Of a DNA stretch of 34,957 bases, positions 1 to 8,027 are shown piece after piece. The DNA comes from Syntrophaceae bacterium. GTDB lineage: Bacteria > Desulfobacterota > BSN033 > UBA1163. Under the pieces are notes generated by a model that worked only from the letters and a program-made list of their open reading frames with translations, searched no databases and was not told the DNA's origin. The stretch covers positions 1 through 34,957 of the forward strand of contig JAGXSW010000188.1 in the NCBI GenBank assembly GCA_018333715.1, in the 5' to 3' direction. Both the position numbers and the translations under genes were made by a program. How positions within the stretch are numbered: position 1 is the stretch's first letter; every line of letters starts with the position of its first letter.

Positions 1-1587
1 TGGGACTGAAATCAACGATCGAATTCCTGATTGAAAATGGGGGAGAAGATTAGGCAACGTAGCCATTACCTCTTGGACATCTTTTTCATCTCGAATCAGG
101 ATGAAAATGCTCGACTTGGTCTTCATTAAATATTCATTGACCGAACCTGTCAAAGGAAAAATATCCCCAACACGGCGGTCTGGCACATCAAGTCCAAGTG
201 CGTAGGCAACCGTAACAGTATTGTTCTTGAAATTGGTAATATTAATTGAAATCCTGTTGAAAGGGATGAGTTTGTGTACTTCTTCAGCGAAGCGCTGATA
301 AACTTCTTCGATATTGAGGGTTGAGCTGATAATCCGCCCAATCTCCGCTATGGCAACATTCTCTTTGGCCAGATTCTTTGATTCTTCTTCACTCCTATGC
401 AGAGCCTCCTCTGCTTGTTTGCGTTCACTGATATCTCTGGCCCAGACCTGAATTCCGGGTTCTCCTAAAAAACTGATAACTTTGGCGTGGATCTCCCCCC
501 AAAATGAAGAGCCATCTTTTCGAAGGAATTTTACCTCATAGGTGGATGGGACAGATTCTCCTTGCATACGCGCCTTCGCTCTTTCCCGCGTGAGAGCCTG
601 ATAGTCAGGATGATAGACGAGCCAGTGGTCAAGCCCTACTAATTTACCTTCTTCAAAGCCAAGCATTTTATGGAGGCGACGATTGGCAAAGATGATCCCG
701 CCCCCCTTTTGAATGAAAATTCCGTCAAAACTCTCCTCAACCAGAGTCCGGTATCGTTCTTCACTCTTTTCAATGGCTTCTTCGAGCTTCTTACGTTCGG
801 TGATGTCCCGAGAGATACCGCGAAATCCTATCGGTTGACCCGATGAATTTTTTCTTAAGGAAACGGATGCTTCAATATATAGCTTTGTCCCGTCTTTTCT
901 AATAACACCCCAATCGAAACCTTTGGTAGGTTCTCCTGTTCTGTAGACATTATTGAAAGCTTGGTATAATTTTTTTGCGTTTTCCTCATCCATATACTGC
1001 CGGTTATTCATGCCAATGACTTCATCTCTGGAATAACCGAGCATTCGGCAGACTGAATCATTGAAAAAGGTAAAATTACCGGAAAGGTCCACCTCAAAAT
1101 AGCCATCTTCGATGTTTTCAAGAATGGCTCGATATTTTTCCTCTGACTCCCGAAGTGCTTCTTCATCTCGTTTTCGCTCAGTAATATCGCGGACATATTC
1201 AATGGCGCCTTTTACCTTTCCATCTGCGGCATCAAAAAGAGGGAAACTATATAGTTCAAGCCACCCGACACCTTTTCCATTTGCTCCTGTTCTTGGAATA
1301 ATTTTATAATTAGCCCTCCCAGTCTTCATCGCCTGGTATGTTGGGCAATCTTCGCATCGTTCATTTATCCGGAGGTAGGCCTCATAGCATTTCTTTCCGA
1401 CAAGCGGCATGGCGTGGGAATACCACTTTTCCATTGTCGGATTTACAAGAACGATGTTCATATCCCTGTCGAGGATACTGATGCCATCCTGTATACTTGT
1501 AAAGATGTTTCTAAAAAGTTGGGTACTTGTTTTAGGGTCACTTCTCTTGTTGTCATGCTGGTCTGTTTTTTTCTTCTTTTTTCCCAT
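1..1587 (-). CDS. Multi-PAS/PAC plus GAF sensor protein, partial (runs off left edge); probably a histidine kinase or other signalling protein
   Basis: Not in ORF track (no stop in window). Manual translation from ATG 1587: MGKKKKKTDQ...IFTSIQDGISILDRDMNIVLVN...RDITERKRDEEALRESEEKYRAILENIEDGYFEVD...RDITERKKLEE...RDISERKQAEEAL...AEIGRIISSTLNIEEVY...GIRSLISVP. Three PAS-PAC units, then a GAF domain. Confidence 0.9.
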   Translation of the reverse strand, partial: MGKKKKKTDQHDNKRSDPKTSTQLFRNIFTSIQDGISILDRDMNIVLVNPTMEKWYSHAMPLVGKKCYEAYLRINERCEDCPTYQAMKTGRANYKIIPRTGANGKGVGWLELYSFPLFDAADGKVKGAIEYVRDITERKRDEEALRESEEKYRAILENIEDGYFEVDLSGNFTFFNDSVCRMLGYSRDEVIGMNNRQYMDEENAKKLYQAFNNVYRTGEPTKGFDWGVIRKDGTKLYIEASVSLRKNSSGQPIGFRGISRDITERKKLEEAIEKSEERYRTLVEESFDGIFIQKGGGIIFANRRLHKMLGFEEGKLVGLDHWLVYHPDYQALTRERAKARMQGESVPSTYEVKFLRKDGSSFWGEIHAKVISFLGEPGIQVWARDISERKQAEEALHRSEEESKNLAKENVAIAEIGRIISSTLNIEEVYQRFAEEVHKLIPFNRISINITNFKNNTVTVAYALGLDVPDRRVGDIFPLTGSVNEYLMKTKSSIFILIRDEKDVQEVMATLPNLLPHFQSGIRSLISVP

Positions 1588-1634
1588 CTCCCTTTGCCTT
1601 ACTTTGACATTCAGTTTCATATTATAAATAAAAT

Positions 1635-1650
1635 AGCAATATTTGTTCCA
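1635..1650 (-). promoter_or_regulatory. Putative sigma-54 (-24/-12) promoter of the PAS/GAF gene
   Basis: Minus strand TGGAACAAATATTGCT, GG-N10-GC spacing, ~47 bp upstream of ATG 1587. Confidence 0.55.
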
Positions 1651-1828
1651 AAATGTTCCAAATTTTCATAAAAATTCAAATACTGCGCCTATGTGTTTAA
1701 TATTAAAGATGTATTCAGGTATTAAAGGCGTGGAGTAAGTAAATTATTAAGAAGGGGTAATACGCTAAAAGTGGATAATTTATGACAAATTCGCAAAAAT
1801 GATGACAATTTTGGACAAAAAAAGAGAA

Positions 1829-1864
1829 TGGAATAATGGAATAGTGGAATGATGGAATAATGGG
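1829..1864 (+). repeat. Octamer tandem repeat (TGGAATRN)x4
   Basis: TGGAATAA TGGAATAG TGGAATGA TGGAATAA TGGG. Confidence 0.85.
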
Positions 1865-1903
1865 TGAAGATGTAAAAAGAAAGAGAAGCACAATTTCCAG
1901 AGC

Positions 1904-1932
1904 TTGACATTGAAGGAACATTTATTTATAAA
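1904..1932 (+). promoter_or_regulatory. Sigma-70 promoter, probably giving a leaderless transcript
   Basis: TTGACA (1904-1909), 17 bp, TATAAA (1927-1932); ATG starts at 1939 with no Shine-Dalgarno. Confidence 0.65.
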
Positions 1933-1938
1933 TAACCC

Positions 1939-2187
1939 ATGCAAATAACTGAAGAAATAAGAACTTCGCTAAGGCGGGAATACCTACTCTGCTCAAATGC
2001 TATTGCTTTTTATAAAAGGGCAATAAAGGATTTTGAACAAAAATACAATTTATCTACACGGGCCTTTTTGAAGAAATTTGAGGCAGGCGAAGTAGGGGAT
2101 GATGCCGATTATTTTGATTGGTATGGTTTCGCTAAACTTCTTGACCAATGGCAGAAAACACAATCTGCCATCCGTTCAGAATTGTAG
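1939..2187 (+). CDS. Small antitoxin-like hypothetical protein of the type found next to DUF6516 genes
   Basis: 82 aa with FEQKYNLSTRAFLKKFEAGEVGDDADYFDW, a pattern I associate with these small TA partners; lies upstream of a DUF6516-like tail. Confidence 0.6.
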   Translation: MQITEEIRTSLRREYLLCSNAIAFYKRAIKDFEQKYNLSTRAFLKKFEAGEVGDDADYFDWYGFAKLLDQWQKTQSAIRSEL

Positions 2188-2247
2188 CGCCCCCATTTAT
2201 TGGGGGCGAATTCAGAATCTTCGTCGGCAATAAATGCCGACGCTACA
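2183..2247. repeat. REPIN (inverted GTAG-REP doublet)
   Basis: TGTAG-CGCCCCCA-TTTAT-TGGGGGCG ... CGTCGGCA-ATAAA-TGCCGACG-CTACA. Confidence 0.75.
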
Positions 2248-2331
2248 TCTTGTTTGTTTTCTAACAACTGCCCCGAAGGGGGCACCTCCCGTGGTCGGGT
2301 CTTATCGACTTCCGGGCGAAGTCCCGGACGA

Positions 2332-2448
2332 GGCGTAGCCTCTTATCCACACCACAAGCACACTCCCGATAACGTCATACCCTCATCTGAGACCTCCCTT
2401 AAAGATGTCCTGAAAGAAATAAGCGCCATCATCATTGGGAAACCTTAA
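2332..2448 (+). pseudogene. C-terminal remnant of a DUF6516 (TumE-like) toxin gene
   Basis: Tail SYPHHKHTPDNVIPSSETSLKDVLKEI resembles the DUF6516 C-terminus; the N-terminal part is replaced by hairpin/REP sequence. Confidence 0.55.
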
Positions 2449-2514
2449 GCCATAAATAAAAATGGAAGACAAAAGGTGGAAGCCAGGAGGCAGAAGGCAG
2501 GGGTCAGTATAAAT

Positions 2515-2542
2515 CCCGTCATTCCAATATTCCACTATTCCA
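2515..2542 (-). repeat. Octamer repeat array, inverted relative to 1829-1864
   Basis: Reverse complement reads TGGAATAG TGGAATAT TGGAATGA CGGG. Confidence 0.7.
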
Positions 2543-2546
2543 ATTG

Positions 2547-2688
2547 TGATGATCTCGTAAAAAGTCGTCTCACCGGTCCTGCGGCAGGAACCATTGTCCA
2601 GTGTTTTATAAGTGTCTGGGATTACTGGATTCCGGCTTTCGCCGGAATGACGGTCATTAGAATTTTTCGATTTTTTACGAGACCATCA
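2547..2688. mobile_element. MITE family A, copy 1
   Basis: 21-bp TIRs TGATGATCTCGTAAAAAGTCG / CGATTTTTTACGAGACCATCA (2 mismatches); internal hairpin ACTGGATTCCGGCTTTCGCCGGAATGAC; homologous to 9833-9962. Confidence 0.8.
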
Positions 2689-2692
2689 ATGG

Positions 2693-4987
2693 TTACTTTG
2701 TTTTTTCTTTCAACGCTGCCAGCACCTTCTCAGGAGTAATCGGAAGTTCTTTAATTCTCACCCCTACCGCATCGTAAATGGCATTGGCAATGGCAGGGGC
2801 CGTGGGGACGAGGCCTGGTTCGCCAATGCCTTTGGCTCCGAAGGGACCAGAGGGGTCGTCTGTTTCGATCACAACAGCTTCAATATTCGGAACATCGGCG
2901 GCGGTTAGGATCTTATAATCCCGGAAATCTGGGTTGATCACCTTTCCGTTCTTAAGAATGAGCTGTTCAGTCAGGGCATATCCGATTCCCATTGCCGCCC
3001 CGCCATAGACCTGACCTTCTAAAAGCATCGGGTTAATCGCCCTGCCCACATCGTGGGCGGCTACATATTTCAGGATTTTAACCTGACCTGTCTCTTTGTC
3101 CACCTCGACCTCAACACCGTGTGTCCCGTAGGCATAGGTGACGGATAGATTTCCCTTGAATTCCCTATCGAGGTTTTCATTGGGAGGATCATAAAAATGC
3201 TCTGCCATAACCATTCTTCCGCCGGCGGTGTAGTGTGAAGCCCTGAGGATCTTTCCAAGAGGAGATTTCTTTTCCGGATCCAGTTTTGAAAAGATGGTGC
3301 GATCACGAATATCGAGATTTTCAGGGTTCTCTCCGAGAGATCGGGAAGCCACTTCGAGGAGTTGTTCCTTCACTTTTTTGGAAGCGCCTCTGGCTGAATT
3401 TCCTGCCACGAAGGTCGTTCGGCTGGCATGGGCTCCCACATCCCAGGGGCAGATGTCCGTATCGGTGTGGGTGACAATTACATCTTCTACCCTCACCCCG
3501 AGTTCTTCGGCGACGATCTGAGCGATGACCGTATCGGCTCCCTGTCCCATATCCGTGGCGCCGGTGATGACATTGACTGTTCCGAAATCATCGATCTTAA
3601 TGATTGTTCCACAACCGTCCGATTTGTAGACCCGGGCGCCTCCTCCTACATGGATCATCGATGCCATGCCAATTCCTCTTCCATCCCTTTTCCCCCGGTT
3701 CTGGCGCCAGTCTAACTTTTGGGCCACAACATCGATGCATTCCCTCAAGCCGCAGGTGGTGATGTTGAAATGCTGAGGGGTGACTTCTCCGGGCGTATTG
3801 GCGTTTCTCATTCTGAAGTCCAGGGGATCGATTCCAGCCATTTCAGCAAGGGCGTCAATTTGAGACTCAATGGCAAAGGTCGCCTGGGGGTTCCCATATC
3901 CTCGAAAGGCCTGGGAATAGGTGTTATTGGTATAGACGCATTTCGCCACATATCGAACATTGGGAACTTTATAGAGAGAGGAGATGGGCATCATCATGAC
4001 CGAAGGCGTGGTCGCTCCCCAGGAGGTATAGGCTCCGTTATCGAGAACCATCCGGACATCCCTGAAAGTGAATGTTCCATCTTTTGTGCAGCCCTGGGCG
4101 ATATCAATGACCGCAGGCTGTCTCGGCGAGGTGGCGAAAAACTCCTCTTCACGGGTGAAAATGATCTTCACAGGCTTACGGGTCTTGTAGGCCAAAAGGA
4201 TGGCGATGTATTCATAGGCGTAGGTGTCGAGTTTGCTTCCGAACGCCCCTCCGATCGTTGTCTTGATCACCCGGGCCTTTTTCCCCTCGAGCCCCATGGC
4301 AGCAAGCGCCTCCGTGTAATCCCGCTGTGCCAGCGCGGGAATCTGGGTATTGCTATATATCGTGAGATTGTTCCTGAGATCGAACCGAGCAACGCATCCG
4401 CTCGTTCCCATGCAGCAGTGGTTGACCCAGGTGAGTTTGAACCGGTCCTCTGCGACATGGGCCGAATTTTTTCTTGCTTCGTCCACATCTCCAGCGACAA
4501 GCCTCCATGGAAGGTTGAGGATATTGGTCGGTTTTTTCTCCTTTCCGCCCAAATGCTCCTCATGGATGAGGAGCGCTCCTTCTTTCATTGCATCTTCCGG
4601 ATCGAAGATGGCAGGAAGGATTTCGTATTCGACTCTGATCAAGCCCAATGCTTCCTCGGCAATATCCGGGTCTGTCGCAGCGACGGCCGCAACCTCATCG
4701 CGGTAGGAACAAACCTTATTCGCCTTCAGAGGCATATTGTCCTTGTAAAAACCGAATTTGATGAGCGGCGTATTATATCCCGTTAAGACTGCCTTGACCC
4801 CCGGGAGTCTCTCGGCCGCAGAGGTGTCCATATTGAGAATTCTTGCATGGGGATGGGGGCTGTAGAGGATTTTCCCCCAGAGCATCCCCGGGACTTTAAG
4901 GTCCTGGATATAGACCGCCTTTCCTGTGACTTTGTCCTCGGCATCCATTTTGGGAATTCGTTTTCCGATGTTGATGAAGTCTTGCAT
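2693..4987 (-). CDS. Xanthine dehydrogenase-family molybdopterin-binding large subunit
   Basis: 764 aa; GGAFGSK, AFRGYGNPQ, DMGQG, ASRTT and GAKGIGEP (catalytic Glu) motifs; SD AAGGAGGT. Confidence 0.95.
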   Translation of the reverse strand: MQDFINIGKRIPKMDAEDKVTGKAVYIQDLKVPGMLWGKILYSPHPHARILNMDTSAAERLPGVKAVLTGYNTPLIKFGFYKDNMPLKANKVCSYRDEVAAVAATDPDIAEEALGLIRVEYEILPAIFDPEDAMKEGALLIHEEHLGGKEKKPTNILNLPWRLVAGDVDEARKNSAHVAEDRFKLTWVNHCCMGTSGCVARFDLRNNLTIYSNTQIPALAQRDYTEALAAMGLEGKKARVIKTTIGGAFGSKLDTYAYEYIAILLAYKTRKPVKIIFTREEEFFATSPRQPAVIDIAQGCTKDGTFTFRDVRMVLDNGAYTSWGATTPSVMMMPISSLYKVPNVRYVAKCVYTNNTYSQAFRGYGNPQATFAIESQIDALAEMAGIDPLDFRMRNANTPGEVTPQHFNITTCGLRECIDVVAQKLDWRQNRGKRDGRGIGMASMIHVGGGARVYKSDGCGTIIKIDDFGTVNVITGATDMGQGADTVIAQIVAEELGVRVEDVIVTHTDTDICPWDVGAHASRTTFVAGNSARGASKKVKEQLLEVASRSLGENPENLDIRDRTIFSKLDPEKKSPLGKILRASHYTAGGRMVMAEHFYDPPNENLDREFKGNLSVTYAYGTHGVEVEVDKETGQVKILKYVAAHDVGRAINPMLLEGQVYGGAAMGIGYALTEQLILKNGKVINPDFRDYKILTAADVPNIEAVVIETDDPSGPFGAKGIGEPGLVPTAPAIANAIYDAVGVRIKELPITPEKVLAALKEKTK

Positions 4988-4999
4988 GAAACCTCCTTA

Positions 5000-5071
5000 A
5001 GCAGGTCAGGAGACCTGCTTCTACCCGATGATTCTTTGTTATTTGGCAGGTCAGGAGACCTGCCCCTACCC
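5000..5071 (-). repeat. Tandem REP doublet (27-bp GTAG-REP x2, 18-bp spacer)
   Basis: Minus strand GGGTAGGGGCAGGTCTCCTGACCTGCC (5045-5071) and GGGTAGAAGCAGGTCTCCTGACCTGCT (5000-5026); 45-bp period. Confidence 0.85.
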
Positions 5072-5128
5072 TGGTAGTTTCGAGGTTTCTAACCCTCACA
5101 GGGTAGTTTCGGGTCTCCTGACCCGAAA
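5072..5128 (+). repeat. Opposite-orientation REP(s) overlapping the RAYT 3' end
   Basis: GGGTAG-TTTCGGGTC-TCCT-GACCCGAAA at 5101-5128, plus a degenerate GGTAGTTTCGAGG... copy at ~5073. Confidence 0.7.
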
Positions 5129-5398
5129 TAACGCTTGATGTCTGAAAATTCGTATTGGAATATGTCGTTACATAGACCTTTTCTCAAAGGGTTTTGATAC
5201 ATATATCTTAATTTCTCAGTTAATTTCTTTTCGCTGAGAATGTTAAAATCGTAATAATCCGGCTGCCATAATTGATAAGTGTGTCCTTTCTTCTTTGGAA
5301 TCGGGAGCTGGATTTTAAATAGTGTTTCTTTATCCCATACCAAAAGATATTCAATGGCTTTTTTTGCAATATATTTCTTTATATCTCGTATGATGTCT

Positions 5399-5470
5399 GG
5401 AAGGTCAGGAGACCTTCCGCTACCCGCGGGTTGATTATTGCTCGGAAGGTCAGGAGACCTGTTGTTACCC
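5399..5470 (-). repeat. REP doublet in-frame inside the RAYT ORF
   Basis: REPs at 5399-5425 and 5444-5470, spacer GCGGGTTGATTATTGCTC; encodes GNNRSPDLPSNNQPAGSGRSPDLP. Confidence 0.85.
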
Positions 5471-5665
5471 AGTGATTCGCAAATCATGTGAATATGATCG
5501 GGCATGACAATAAATCCTTTTAATTTAAAATCCCCTCGTTCTTCATAGAACAACAAAGTGTTTACAGCTGCTTTAGCGATGTCTTTGTACTTAAATATCT
5601 CGACACGCTTATTTGTGACCATCGTAATAAAATGGTAGCCTTCGTTATATTTTCGTTTTTTCGAT

Positions 5666-5737
5666 GGAAGGTCAGGAGACCTTTCGCTACCCGCGGGTTG
5701 ATTATTGCTCGGAAGGTCAGGAAACCTGCCGCTACCC
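5666..5737 (-). repeat. REP doublet in-frame at the RAYT N-terminus
   Basis: REPs at 5666-5692 and 5711-5737 with the same 18-bp spacer; encodes GSGRFPDLPSNNQPAGSERSPDLP. Confidence 0.85.
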
Positions 5738-5771
5738 ATTGGTCTATCCATCACTGTTTCGTGCTTCGAAT

Positions 5772-6242
5772 TTATATTTTTTTGCTTGCTTCTTTAATAG
5801 CCTGGATGATCTGGAGATAACCGGTGCAGCGGCAGAGATTTCCCGCGATTGCGTTGCGGATCTCCTCCTCGGTGGGTTTCGGAGTTTCATCGAGAAGGGC
5901 CTTGGCCGACAAGACCATTCCGGGCGTACAGAAGCCGCACTGGACGGCTCCATTCTCGACAAAAGACCGCTGGATGGGGTGGAGATTCCCATCAACATCA
6001 GCCAATCCTTCAATCGTGATGACGTTTTTTCCATCCGTCTCCATTACGGGAAAGATGCAGGAATTGACGGCTTTCCCATTGATAAGGACGGTGCAGGCGC
6101 CGCATTCTCCCAGGCCACAGCCTTCCTTGGTTCCGGTGAGTTCCAGTTTCTCCCTCAGAACCTGTATCAGGGTGAGGTTGGGTTCAGCCTCGATTTGGAC
6201 GGGTTCGCCATTTAGTTTGAAATGAATGGTCTGTTTCATCAC
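5772..6242 (-). CDS. XDH-family [2Fe-2S] small subunit
   Basis: GTKEGCGLGECGACTV, QCGFCTPG and GNLCRCTGY motifs. Confidence 0.95.
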   Translation of the reverse strand: MMKQTIHFKLNGEPVQIEAEPNLTLIQVLREKLELTGTKEGCGLGECGACTVLINGKAVNSCIFPVMETDGKNVITIEGLADVDGNLHPIQRSFVENGAVQCGFCTPGMVLSAKALLDETPKPTEEEIRNAIAGNLCRCTGYLQIIQAIKEASKKI

Positions 6243-6341
6243 TTAACGTTCCTTTCTACGAAATGATTTTCCCCCCCGGATACCCGCCTGCAATGGGCAG
6301 GAAAGAGGGCGGGTTAGTCACCCTCGAACAATGAAAATTGA

Positions 6342-6398
6342 GTAGGGGCGGCTCTCTGTGGCCGCCCTATGTGGGAGCCCACAGAGGGGCTCCCCTAC
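6342..6398. repeat. REPIN (inverted GTAG-REP doublet, different family from the RAYT-proximal REPs)
   Basis: GTAG-GGGCGGCTCTCTGTGGCCGCCC ... GGGAGCCCACAGAGGGGCTCCC-CTAC. Confidence 0.8.
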
Positions 6399-6420
6399 GT
6401 TTTTTTTGATTGGAACGCTG

Positions 6421-7287
6421 TTATTTTCTAGGCAATTTCACAGACTGCTTGATGGCTTTTGCAACAAGAACTGCGACCATTTCTCTCCGGTATTCCGCAG
6501 AACCCCGGATATCGGTGATTGGAGAGCACTCCTGTTTGGCCCAATCCCCCGCCCTTATGATGAGGCGTTCATCGAGGAGATTTCCCTCAAGAATCTTTTC
6601 TGTCTCTTTTGCCCTCAGGGGAGTTGGGGCCACTGCGCCGAGTGCGATCCGGGCCCGTTCGCATATCCCTGTTTTTGGATCAAGGGTTAAGAGAACAGCC
6701 ACATTGACCACAGAAAGATCCACGCTCTTTCGCCGCCCCAGCTTCAGATAGGCTCCCAGACTATTGGGAGGAGGAGAGGGCAGGATGATCTCCTTTAAGA
6801 TCTCTTTTTTATCGAGGGCGGTTTCACCGGGTCCAAGAAAGAAAGATGGGAGGGAAAGGCGTCTCTCTTCCATCCGGCTTACAAGAAGAACCTCTGCTTC
6901 ATAAACGAGCAGGGACGGAGCCGTTTCAGCCGAGGGAGAAGCCGTGCAGAGATTGCCGCCGAGGGTTGCCACATTGCGGATCTGAACCGAGCCGAGAACG
7001 CTGGAGGCCTCCGCCAGAAGGGGGAATCTCTTTTTGATCCGTTCGGACTGTTCGATGGTCCGGTGAGTGACCAGCGCCCCGATTTTAAACGTCCCATTAG
7101 ACTCAATTTGATCCAGCCCCTGGATTCCCTGGAGGGAGATGAGGACATCAGGGGATATCTTTTTCTGCTTGTTCATCACGATGGCATCGGTTCCGCCCGC
7201 GATCAATCTTGCCTTGTCCCCGTATTGACTTAGAAGAGAAAGGGCCTCCTCAAGGGTATGGGGTTTGAGGTAGTCGAACTTTTTCAT
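6421..7287 (-). CDS. XDH-family FAD-binding medium subunit
   Basis: AGGTD, IRNVATLGGNLC and DIRGSAEYR motifs; 288 aa with no Cys-rich 4Fe-4S insertion. Confidence 0.95.
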   Translation of the reverse strand: MKKFDYLKPHTLEEALSLLSQYGDKARLIAGGTDAIVMNKQKKISPDVLISLQGIQGLDQIESNGTFKIGALVTHRTIEQSERIKKRFPLLAEASSVLGSVQIRNVATLGGNLCTASPSAETAPSLLVYEAEVLLVSRMEERRLSLPSFFLGPGETALDKKEILKEIILPSPPPNSLGAYLKLGRRKSVDLSVVNVAVLLTLDPKTGICERARIALGAVAPTPLRAKETEKILEGNLLDERLIIRAGDWAKQECSPITDIRGSAEYRREMVAVLVAKAIKQSVKLPRK

Positions 7288-8024
7288 AGACGCCTCCGTT
7301 TCTCGCGGTAATCATTGCCGAGATAAGCCTTCTTAACCCCTTCGTCTTCGATTAAAACCTTTGCGTTTCCTTCCATGGTAATTCTGCCGGTCTCGAGCAC
7401 ATAGGCCCGATCAGCGATCCTGAGCGCGGCCCTTGCATTCTGCTCAACGAGAAGGATCGTCGTTCTATCCTCCTGCAATTTACGGATGACATTAAAAATC
7501 TCTATGACGACGAGGGGAGCCAAACCCAGAGAGGGTTCATCCAGGAGCATCAATTGGGGTCTTCCCATGATTGCCCGTCCGATGGAGAGCATCTGTTGCT
7601 CCCCGCCGCTCAATGTGCCGGCTTTTTGTTCTCTTCTTTCCTTAAGAATGGGGAAGAGTTCCATCACATAGCGGAGGTCTTTTTCAATATCTTTTCTCGA
7701 TTCTCTGGAGAATCGGAGAAACGCCCCAAGTTCCAGATTTTCGAAGACAGTGAGAGGGCCAAAGAGTTGCCTTCCCTCGGGCACATGAACAATTCCCTGT
7801 GCAACGATTTTCTCCGGAGAGCGCCGGGAGATCTCGGTCTTATTAAAGCGGATAGAGCCTGTTCGGGGCGGAGTGACTCCCGAAACCGTGTTCAGAAGGG
7901 TTGATTTGCCCGCGCCATTCGAGCCGATGAGGGCGACGATCTCTTCCTTTTCGATATGGAGAGAGAGGTCTTTCAGGGCATGGATCTGACCATAGTAAGT
8001 ATTGATGAGGTCAATGTTGAGCAT
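7284..8024 (-). CDS. livF: Liv-type ABC transporter ATP-binding protein (LivF-like)
   Basis: GSNGAGKST, HVPEGR, LSGGEQQML and LDEPSLGLAP motifs. Confidence 0.9.
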   Translation of the reverse strand: MLNIDLINTYYGQIHALKDLSLHIEKEEIVALIGSNGAGKSTLLNTVSGVTPPRTGSIRFNKTEISRRSPEKIVAQGIVHVPEGRQLFGPLTVFENLELGAFLRFSRESRKDIEKDLRYVMELFPILKERREQKAGTLSGGEQQMLSIGRAIMGRPQLMLLDEPSLGLAPLVVIEIFNVIRKLQEDRTTILLVEQNARAALRIADRAYVLETGRITMEGNAKVLIEDEGVKKAYLGNDYREKRRRL

Positions 8025-8027
8025 CCT

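Larger units (their letters stand above)
5089..5754 (-). mobile_element. REP-associated tyrosine transposase (RAYT, Y1 HUH family)
   Basis: YHFITMVT; VMPDHIH (HUH motif); DIIRDIKKY; LWQPDYYD; LRYMYQNP (catalytic Tyr); surrounded by GTAG-REPs. Confidence 0.9.

Noticed and set aside
2200-2739. ORFs 2200-2448 and 2476-2739 as intact genes
   Set aside because: Mostly translated REP/MITE sequence (e.g. DDLVKS, WIPAFAGMT); only the last ~39 codons of the first look coding.
3719-4786. Long plus-strand ORFs (also 11242-12087, 14909-15625, 20314-21102, 21112-21816)
   Set aside because: Antisense shadows of well-supported minus-strand genes, with no recognisable motifs.
5000-5737. CRISPR-like repeat-spacer pattern (27-bp repeats)
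   Set aside because: Only doublets, spacers are 18 bp and two are identical, there are no cas genes, and the GTAG-hairpin form next to a RAYT identifies them as REPs.
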